In this document: in pieces, positions 57,514 to 64,000 of the stretch
Position numbering within the stretch: position 1 is the first letter of the stretch
Layout of the letters: each line of letters opens with the position of its first letter
Source of the DNA: Candidatus Nomurabacteria bacterium RIFCSPHIGHO2_02_40_30
Lineage (GTDB): Bacteria > Patescibacteriota > Minisyncoccia > Phycocordibacterales > UBA9973
Reading direction: 5' to 3'
DNA length: 64,000 bases
NCBI GenBank assembly: GCA_001785445.1
Contig: MFTV01000016.1
Coordinates: 6,259 to 70,258 of the forward strand
Made by a program: the position numbers and the translations under genes
Notes under the pieces: generated by a model
What the model was told of the DNA's origin: nothing
What the model saw: the letters and a program-made list of their open reading frames with translations, nothing else
Database searches by the model: none

Positions 57514-57876
57514 TTACTTTCCAGATTTATAAAAATAATACAAGGCAAGCGGTGCTGCCCAATTTGCGAAACGTTCTATAAAGTCCCATATTGGCAGACC
57601 TACCAACGGCCTGACCAGTGCAGTCCAAAAACCCCAGAATGCCATCCATAACAAAATCGGCCTAATTGGCTTAAGAAGCACTAAAATTGCTAACAAAATA
57701 TCTGCTACTCCAACCGCCAGCATAAATGTCGTGGCGGTCGCCGTATCAAGACCAGTTAATTGCTCGGTCCATTTTATCCAATCCGCCTTGCCTAAAACGG
57801 CAAAAACTCCGTGCCCTAAAAATTCTCCCGCTACACCAATCCTTAAAATCCATTCTATTTTTTTGTCATTTGTCAT
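57514..57876 (-). CDS. Small membrane protein (DoxX-like, uncertain)
   Basis: Start trimmed because the longer ORF overlaps tRNA-His. Confidence 0.4.
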   Translation of the reverse strand: MTNDKKIEWILRIGVAGEFLGHGVFAVLGKADWIKWTEQLTGLDTATATTFMLAVGVADILLAILVLLKPIRPILLWMAFWGFWTALVRPLVGLPIWDFIERFANWAAPLALYYFYKSGK

Positions 57877-57934
57877 ACATAAAATTATAACAAAATAAAA
57901 ATTAAAAAATTTTAAATTAAGTGGATAACTTTGG

Positions 57935-58006
57935 GTGCCTACAGGGATTCGAACCCTGACTAAGAGCTCCACAAGCTCTAGTGCTAACCATTACACCATA
58001 GGCACC
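57935..58006 (-). tRNA. tRNA-His (GTG)
   Basis: Anticodon loop TTGTGGA, extra 5' G(-1), T arm CAGGG-TTCGAAT-CCCTG. Confidence 0.8.
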
Positions 58007-58020
58007 ATGTGTATTGGTAT

Positions 58021-58446
58021 TTATACACCAAAAATAGAAAAAAGAAAAATACAAAGACAAATAACTGCGGAGACTATGCACCAAGAGCATCCTTTTTTTA
58101 ATATAAAAATTTGTACCCCAAGAAGATAAATTGAAAAAAGAAAAGCTCCAAAAGTTATCAGTACTAAAAAACTAGAAAAGACAACTGGGATAATGTCAGA
58201 TATAAAGATAGAAAATAGATAGAAAATAGATAGAAAAGCATAATAAATCATGCCAAAAATTTCCAGTGGCACATGCATGAATTCAGAATAATTACTGTGA
58301 ATCACAGCATGGCAGTCAAATCCTACTGGACAAACCAGGATTTTATTAGCCTTTTTATGTTTATGGATACGCCTAGCCACCCAAAACCCGCATAAACCTA
58401 GAACAAAAATAATTATCCGTATTAAAGTGTCATCTGGAAATTGCAT
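58021..58446 (-). CDS. Vitamin K epoxide reductase (VKOR) family protein
   Basis: Loop cysteines (CPVGFDC) and CSWC redox motif in the last TM. Confidence 0.65.
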   Translation of the reverse strand: MQFPDDTLIRIIIFVLGLCGFWVARRIHKHKKANKILVCPVGFDCHAVIHSNYSEFMHVPLEIFGMIYYAFLSIFYLFSIFISDIIPVVFSSFLVLITFGAFLFSIYLLGVQIFILKKGCSWCIVSAVICLCIFLFSIFGV

Positions 58447-58473
58447 GGGTAGAGTATACTAGTAATTCTTTAA

Positions 58474-60231
58474 TTAACCAAATGTGAAAGTAAAAACTTG
58501 CATACCCCCTTTTTTAATTTTTAACATAAGTGTATGCTCTTCGTAATCTATTCCTTGAATAATTTTATAAAGCATTTCACTTTTAATGAAAATTGTTCTA
58601 TCTAATTTTCCGTCAATAAAAATTTCAATCTCGGCTTCTGTTTTAGAACTGGCAACCATATATACATTTTTTGCTTTATATTTGAAAACAACACTTCCCC
58701 CACCGAAATTTTCCGCATATTCGGCAGTTATAGACCATGCTCCACCCAAGTAAAGATTATTTATTTTTATCTCATCTGGAATGGTTAAATTTTGGGTGCC
58801 AGAAATACCAGCATTGCCATTGGACAGCCTCTCATTTCGCGTTGAGCCAAAGTAAATTTCCGGACTGCCTATACCACTAAACAAAACTTCTATCTTATTT
58901 GCTGGATTTGAAATATCTAGCGGCATTGTGTCTGCGTTGCCTAATTTATAACTCCTTTCTTGCAATGCTTTCTGTATTTCTTTTTCTGTTTCTGTGTATT
59001 TTCCTTCTCCCGCATGGTCGTAAATAATATAGCCGTCTATGTCAATCAGGTACTTACGCGGCCAGTATTGGTTTTTATACGCCTGCCAAGTGGAAAAATC
59101 GTTATCTAGCACAACAGGATATTTGATACTAAAATCTTTAACCGCTTCTTCTACATTTTTCAAAATCCTTTCAAAAGAGAATTCTGGAGTATGCAGACCT
59201 ATAATTACTAGCCCCTTGTCCTCATACTTCTTATGCCATTCATTCAGATACGGTATTGTTCTTTGGCAGTTAATACAACTGTAAGTCCAAATATCGAGCA
59301 ATACCACTTTTTTGCCCTTGAACTCTGAAATAGTAATAGGTTTATTGTCGGTATTTATATAACCATCAATGGAGCTTAGGTCTGGCGCCAAAATAAATTT
59401 TTTGCTTTTCTGTTCAGGAGTTAGAAAATTGTTTTTACCTTGTTCTTCTTCAGGTTTTTCAGTTTTAAGTTCTATTACAGTTTTATCTTCTAAATTTGTT
59501 TGTGAATTTAAGTCTAGTAAATTCTGTTCTACTTTAGTAACATCAAAAAACCCCGCATCCAGAAGAGAAATTTGCAGTTGTTTGTCATAACCGGTAAGTA
59601 TGCCAAGACTGACCAAGATAAAAATTACGCCTAGAGTCCTTTTAAACCAGCCATATGGATCTAGGGTAAAATTTAGTTTGTTCATAATTCTTTGGCCCAA
59701 AATTGACACAAGTAGAAGCGCCAAGCACAAGCCGACAGTGTAAGTAAAAAGATAAAGTATTCCCACTGCCGGTCGCACCGGCAGCACAGTTGCAAGAATT
59801 ACAAAATAAGTCGGGCTACAAGCCGAAAAAATAGGGCCAAGAGATGCGCCGACAATTATATCCCCCCAGATGTCATTTCTCTGATAACCACTCATCAGAA
59901 CTTTATTTCCCCCTGTATTTAGCCTCCAAACAAAAGGTAAGTTCTCCCAAAGGTTTGGGAAAAGAGTAACAAGACCGAAAATAAAAATTATTCCGCCTGA
60001 TATATATTTCCAAAAGTCTTGCGGAATATTTACAAAAAAAGTACTGACTTTAAGAATTAAAGTAAAAAGAATAACTGAAATACCAAGAGATGTAATTACT
60101 ACAAACACCCTTCTTTGACTTAGAGTGGGGTCAGATAAAGAACGCCCGACAATTACTGGCAATAGCGGCAGTATGCACGGCGCCAAAATTGTAAGTACAC
60201 CAGCGACAAAAGATATAATAAAAAACGCCAT
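58474..60231 (-). CDS. DsbD/CcdA-type thiol-disulfide transporter fused to thioredoxin-like domain
   Basis: N-terminal CcdA-like TM core (APCILPLLP). C-terminal Trx fold with CINC motif. Confidence 0.7.
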   Translation of the reverse strand: MAFFIISFVAGVLTILAPCILPLLPVIVGRSLSDPTLSQRRVFVVITSLGISVILFTLILKVSTFFVNIPQDFWKYISGGIIFIFGLVTLFPNLWENLPFVWRLNTGGNKVLMSGYQRNDIWGDIIVGASLGPIFSACSPTYFVILATVLPVRPAVGILYLFTYTVGLCLALLLVSILGQRIMNKLNFTLDPYGWFKRTLGVIFILVSLGILTGYDKQLQISLLDAGFFDVTKVEQNLLDLNSQTNLEDKTVIELKTEKPEEEQGKNNFLTPEQKSKKFILAPDLSSIDGYINTDNKPITISEFKGKKVVLLDIWTYSCINCQRTIPYLNEWHKKYEDKGLVIIGLHTPEFSFERILKNVEEAVKDFSIKYPVVLDNDFSTWQAYKNQYWPRKYLIDIDGYIIYDHAGEGKYTETEKEIQKALQERSYKLGNADTMPLDISNPANKIEVLFSGIGSPEIYFGSTRNERLSNGNAGISGTQNLTIPDEIKINNLYLGGAWSITAEYAENFGGGSVVFKYKAKNVYMVASSKTEAEIEIFIDGKLDRTIFIKSEMLYKIIQGIDYEEHTLMLKIKKGGMQVFTFTFG

Positions 60232-60233
60232 AA

Positions 60234-60704
60234 CTATTTTTTAATTTCAGAAACAAGTGAAAGGAGTGTGGGACTACCGCTCCATTTTTTTATCAGATTC
60301 CCATCTTTATCTACTTGCACCAAAGTATGCTGATAGGTTACCCCGTATTTTCTCTTTAGTTCACTTGAATTATCGTAGTCCACATCAAGGATGGTGAGAC
60401 TTTCCGGAATATTATTCGCCTTGATATCAGCATCTAGAGCCCTACAAGTCGGACACCAAGAGGCTCGGAAAAATAAAACTACATTATCAGCATTCTTTTG
60501 CATAGCAACTTTTTCTGCACTGTACGCCACGTAAGAATCAGATGCCGTCATTGTATCAACTTCATTCTTCATAGAACTCTTTTCTTTTAGTGTTCCCATG
60601 TTTGTTTTCACTGTTTCTTCTTCTTTTGAATTACCAGAAAAAAGAACACTCCCTCCAATGAGTGCTAAAACAACCAAAATGCAAATAATAATTTTTTGAT
60701 TCAC
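60234..60704 (-). CDS. Secreted thioredoxin-like protein (WCPTC)
   Basis: Signal peptide and FFRASWCPTC active site. Confidence 0.75.
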   Translation of the reverse strand: MNQKIIICILVVLALIGGSVLFSGNSKEEETVKTNMGTLKEKSSMKNEVDTMTASDSYVAYSAEKVAMQKNADNVVLFFRASWCPTCRALDADIKANNIPESLTILDVDYDNSSELKRKYGVTYQHTLVQVDKDGNLIKKWSGSPTLLSLVSEIKK

Positions 60705-60758
60705 AAAAAGAATATATTACTTGTAATAACTAATAAGCATCTTAATTATAACATGTTC

Positions 60759-60843
60759 TGGTGCTCGGGGGGAGACTTGAACTCCCACGGCTTGCGCCAT
60801 ACGCACCTCAAGCGTACATGGTTACCAATTACATCACCCGAGC
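60759..60843 (-). tRNA. tRNA-Leu (GAG), CCA encoded
   Basis: Acceptor GCTCGGG/CCCGAGC, anticodon loop TTGAGGT, long variable arm, T arm GGGAG-TTCAAGT-CTCCC. Confidence 0.8.
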
Positions 60844-60862
60844 GTTTTAATAGTATAACAAA

Positions 60863-61285
60863 TTACTCTGCAACTTTTTCTTCTGTTTCTGTGTCTAGGG
60901 TAGATGAGCGCATCTTGCGACGAACATCTTTGACTGCCTTAGTGCGAATATAGTAAAGCTTTGACCTCTTGGCATGAGACTTTTTAGTCGTTTCAATTTT
61001 GTCTATCATTGGAGAGTATAATGGAAAGATTCTTTCCACTCCGACGCCTGAAGCCACTTTGCGTACAGTAAAAGTTGCGCCAATTTCTTTGCCATGTTTT
61101 CGTCCGAGCACCATGCCCTCAAAAGCCTGCAAGCGATATTTGCTTGCCCCGCCCTTGGCGGGGCTTTTTTCGTCTAAAATTTTGGACGAAACACGCACCA
61201 CATCACCGGCTCTAAAATCAAGCTTGGCGCGAGCCTCCATGTCTACTGGACTAAGTTTAATATTGCCAATCTTATTTCCTGTCAT
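60863..61285 (-). CDS. rplS: 50S ribosomal protein L19
   Basis: FTVRKVASGVGVERIFPLYSPMIDKIE. Confidence 0.9.
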   Translation of the reverse strand: MTGNKIGNIKLSPVDMEARAKLDFRAGDVVRVSSKILDEKSPAKGGASKYRLQAFEGMVLGRKHGKEIGATFTVRKVASGVGVERIFPLYSPMIDKIETTKKSHAKRSKLYYIRTKAVKDVRRKMRSSTLDTETEEKVAE

Positions 61286-61324
61286 AGTTGGTACAATCTA
61301 ACATAAAAAAATTTCAAAAGCAAT

Positions 61325-63031
61325 TTAAGAAACCTCTTCTTGATAACACTTTTCGCAGTATACTATCTCTAGTCTTTCGGGCGCGTAAGAAGTTTTTATG
61401 GGAGTACTGCATTTCATACAGATACGATCGTAAAGCTTTGGCAGTTGAATTTTACCAAAACGTTCTTTGTATCTACACTCTGGGCAGCTTCTCGGTATAG
61501 GAAGATTAAATTTTCGCAAGAAAGAAAGCTCATTGGGCACAATTTTGAAACCTCTTTTGCAAATAGCGCACTCTATAGTATCTTCTAGAATGCTATCTGA
61601 TACATTGTTTATCATATCCGGCAAATCTTCTGCTTTTATCGTAATTGTATAGACCGGCTTCTCGGATTCAAACCAAGTAAATCCTTTTTGTAATGCTTGA
61701 CTTTCATTTAATGGAAAATATTCTTGCGCCATTGTTTCATTGTAGCCAAATGGCGATATTATCGTAGGGAAAAATTCTCCATATTTATATACCCCGCCTT
61801 TTTCATCTACATATGGATTTTTATCCATGTCAGAAATAATTTTAGCTTTTAGTTTCTCATATTCTTCTTTTGAGTACTCTTTATTTAAAATACAATATTG
61901 TTTCTTCTTGAGATTTATACAGCCAAAAGAATTTTTACAGCCATTAATGGCATACGTGCAGTATTCCAGATTCATTGCATTTGGAAAACACTCATCGCTA
62001 AAACGACAATTCGAAGCTCCTTCACCAACAATACTACACTCATAAATCTTTTCTGAGTTGTTGCCCCAGCCAGTATAATCATAGGCGTCTTTAGTCTTGG
62101 GTAGTGTCAAAAATTGAGCAAATCGAGTATCTTCTGCACCTGAACATATATATACATCGTGAGCATTTTTTGACTGAAAAACATATTCACCAGTAATATT
62201 TTTGTTTCGACTATCTCCCCTATAAAACCTACGTGGAAATTGTAAGGAAAAATTTTCTAATTCTTTTAAAGTTGATTGAACAGTCTGCCATGAAGCCATG
62301 TTAATCTCGACCATTTTTTCCTTGTATTCTTCTTTAGTGTATTGAACATTCCAAATACAATAATTTTTCTTGCGAAGGTTTACACAACCAAAACAATTGG
62401 AGCAATCAAAACAATTTCTGGAAAAATACACATCATGACAATCTCCACAATCAATAGTGAAATGACAATTATACAATTTGTGTCCACCAATAGACCCATA
62501 ACAAAGTTCAGATTCATGTAGATAATAACAGTCTACACAGTCACGAATTTTAGCTAACATCATGCTATAAAGAGAATTTTCTACGTAATCAGCATAGTAA
62601 GTAAAGTAAGAATTTTTCTGCCAACCTGTAAAATTTGTGTAGGGAGTGTTAATATTTGAAGTGTAGGTGCATTGAAGCGCCATATAAGGAGTTTGGTGTG
62701 TTAATTCTTCCATTTGTTCAAAAAAAGTTCTTGATGGATCATAATCCATTCCATATTCAGTCCCATCCCAAGTATCTCCCCACCAGCAAGGATTGCAATA
62801 AACTTTTATTTTCTTTTCATTAGGGTACATTGAGATTACACTTTTTCCACAAAGATCACATAGTCTTTTATAAAGTGTGCGCACATTTAAAAAAGAAAGA
62901 CGCCTTATCAACCGGCATTCCGAACACCAAGTCGGTGGCGGGACTTTCATTTTTTTGTAGAAATTAAAATCTTCCGATTCTAGGGTGAAGTCTTTTTTGC
63001 AGTTCTGGCATTTTTTAGTCTCTGCTTCCAT
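61325..63031 (-). CDS. Cysteine-rich multi-zinc-ribbon protein, unknown function
   Basis: 568 aa. Similar CxxC-x(17-20)-CxxCR...CxxC...YCxxC modules at both termini. Central internally duplicated Cys cluster (KNYCIWNVQYTKEEYKEKM vs KQYCILNKEYSKEEYEKLK). Confidence 0.55.
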   Translation of the reverse strand: MEAETKKCQNCKKDFTLESEDFNFYKKMKVPPPTWCSECRLIRRLSFLNVRTLYKRLCDLCGKSVISMYPNEKKIKVYCNPCWWGDTWDGTEYGMDYDPSRTFFEQMEELTHQTPYMALQCTYTSNINTPYTNFTGWQKNSYFTYYADYVENSLYSMMLAKIRDCVDCYYLHESELCYGSIGGHKLYNCHFTIDCGDCHDVYFSRNCFDCSNCFGCVNLRKKNYCIWNVQYTKEEYKEKMVEINMASWQTVQSTLKELENFSLQFPRRFYRGDSRNKNITGEYVFQSKNAHDVYICSGAEDTRFAQFLTLPKTKDAYDYTGWGNNSEKIYECSIVGEGASNCRFSDECFPNAMNLEYCTYAINGCKNSFGCINLKKKQYCILNKEYSKEEYEKLKAKIISDMDKNPYVDEKGGVYKYGEFFPTIISPFGYNETMAQEYFPLNESQALQKGFTWFESEKPVYTITIKAEDLPDMINNVSDSILEDTIECAICKRGFKIVPNELSFLRKFNLPIPRSCPECRYKERFGKIQLPKLYDRICMKCSTPIKTSYAPERLEIVYCEKCYQEEVS

Positions 63032-63035
63032 GAGA

Positions 63036-63698
63036 TTATTTTATCATCTTTTTAAACTCTGCTGGTACGGATGATTCCACTTTTACAATTTTGCCTTTTA
63101 AGTTTTTAAATTCTATAGATCTGGCGTGAAGTGCTAGACGTGAGATGCCTTTAGGACAAGGGCCATTTGGGTTGTAAAGCGAATCACAGGCGACAGGATA
63201 GTTTAAGAATTTCATATGCACACGGATCTGATGCGTGCGGCCAGTTTTAGGTTTAATCTCAAGATAAGTAAATTTTTCTTTTTGACTAAAGAATCTCTTA
63301 AGAATCTTATACTCTGTAACAGCTTCTCTCATCTCTCCTCTTGCTCCTCGGCCGGCCAGATGCCGACGGAAATCTTTCGGGCTTCTGCCTATAGGCTTAT
63401 TTATAACCCCTCGATCATTTTTTACCCAGCCATTTACAATAGCAATATAAGTTTTCTTCACTTCCCTGTTCGCAAACTGTTGCTTTAAAAATTCGTGAGC
63501 TTTGCGATTTTTAGCTAAAAGCATAACTCCGGAAGTTTCTTTATCTAGTCTATGCACTAATTCGATTTTAGGATATTTTTTTAAAAACAAATCAAGAATA
63601 GTTTTTTCCTTTGTTCTTTGGTCTCCATGCACTAAAATACCAGATGGTTTTTCAATCGCTAAAATATTAACATCTTCGTACAAAACTTTTATTTTCAT
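63036..63698 (-). CDS. RluA-family pseudouridine synthase
   Basis: HRLDKETSGVMLLAK catalytic-Asp motif. Confidence 0.9.
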   Translation of the reverse strand: MKIKVLYEDVNILAIEKPSGILVHGDQRTKEKTILDLFLKKYPKIELVHRLDKETSGVMLLAKNRKAHEFLKQQFANREVKKTYIAIVNGWVKNDRGVINKPIGRSPKDFRRHLAGRGARGEMREAVTEYKILKRFFSQKEKFTYLEIKPKTGRTHQIRVHMKFLNYPVACDSLYNPNGPCPKGISRLALHARSIEFKNLKGKIVKVESSVPAEFKKMIK

Positions 63699-63801
63699 AA
63701 AATTTGTGGCTACAAATAATTTCTCGCCGTCGCTCGAAATTTTCGCAGCCCGCCCCTCGTGGTTTTGCGTGTTCGCAAAACATCACTGCGGTCGGCACAA
63801 A

Positions 63802-63833
63802 AGTTAGAAAAATAAAGCAGTTTATTTTTCTAA
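63802..63833. terminator. 14-bp-stem hairpin flanked by T-runs on both strands (bidirectional terminator)
   Basis: GTTAGAAAAATAAA-gcag-TTTATTTTTCTAAC. Confidence 0.55.
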
Positions 63834-63839
63834 CTTTTG

Positions 63840-63911
63840 TGCCCCCGGCAAGAATCGAACTTACATTAGAAGGTTAGAAACCTTCTGTTCTATCCATTAA
63901 ACTACGGGGGC
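63840..63911 (-). tRNA. tRNA-Arg (TCT)
   Basis: Acceptor GCCCCCG/CGGGGGC, anticodon loop TTTCTAA. Confidence 0.8.
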
Positions 63912-63913
63912 AG

Positions 63914-63986
63914 TGCGCGATGCAGGACTCGAACCTGCGACCTTGATGGTGTAAACATCCTGCTCTACCAACTGAGCTAATCGCGC
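63914..63986 (-). tRNA. tRNA-Val (TAC)
   Basis: Acceptor GCGCGAT/ATCGCGC, anticodon loop TTTACAC, T arm GCAGG-TTCGAGT-CCTGC. Confidence 0.8.
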
Positions 63987-64000
63987 ATTTTGCTTATTTA

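Noticed and set aside
57877-57972. N-terminal 32 codons of ORF 57514-57972
   Set aside because: Would run through tRNA-His. Start moved to the internal Met at 57876.
60696-60953. 85-aa plus-strand ORF
   Set aside because: Overlaps tRNA-Leu(GAG) on the opposite strand, and the rplS 3' end.
1-64000. Searched by eye for rRNA, RNase P RNA, SRP RNA and CRISPR arrays
   Set aside because: No convincing candidates found. Only tmRNA, five tRNAs and one candidate sRNA/leader.

Overview
Low-GC, gene-dense bacterial segment, almost all genes on the minus strand. Ribosomal operons lack L30 and L29, UMP kinase is archaeal-type, and there are many small membrane proteins. This looks like a Candidate Phyla Radiation (Patescibacteria/Parcubacteria-like) genome. 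I have no direct evidence for the lineage beyond these features.

Backbone, from the start of the window:
- A B12 module: PduO-type cobalamin adenosyltransferase, class II ribonucleotide reductase NrdJ, and a putative ECF-type S-component.
- tRNA-Ile(UAU), ftsH, smpB, and an unannotated tmRNA (ssrA) directly downstream of smpB.
- infC-rpmI-rplT, ndk, map, pyrH, adk, cmk and secY.
- A long S10/spc ribosomal cluster (rplO to rpsJ), then tuf, pyrF-pyrE-pyrD, fusA, rpsG and rpsL.
- rpmB, a DEAD-box helicase and a dTMP-synthesis module (thyA, folA, two deaminases, MazG-like, Ndt-like).
- rplK-nusG-secE, a relBE toxin-antitoxin pair, murB, tsaC, a VKOR-DsbD-thioredoxin redox cluster, rplS and an RluA pseudouridine synthase.
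- Four further tRNAs: His, Leu, Arg and Val.

Most interesting observations:
1. A ~2.4 kb insert between secY and adk. It carries a PaaX-like regulator, two overlapping GC-richer unknown ORFs and a TrmB-family regulator with a perfect sigma70 promoter, bounded by 34-bp perfect palindromes with compensatory variation.
2. A paralogous PaaX-like cassette inserted between fusA and rpsG. Both cassettes are flanked by CATATGCG-core repeats.
3. A 157/120-bp MITE-like element with terminal inverted repeats, present twice.
4. A 645-bp insertion into the 3' end of rpmB, flanked by a 26-bp direct repeat that recreates the gene terminus.
5. A 927-aa VirB4/TraG/HerA-like ATPase with an unknown N-terminal half.
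6. A cysteine-rich multi-zinc-ribbon protein with internal duplication.
7. A lycopene-cyclase-domain gene interrupted by an in-frame TAG.
8. A candidate structured leader/sRNA.
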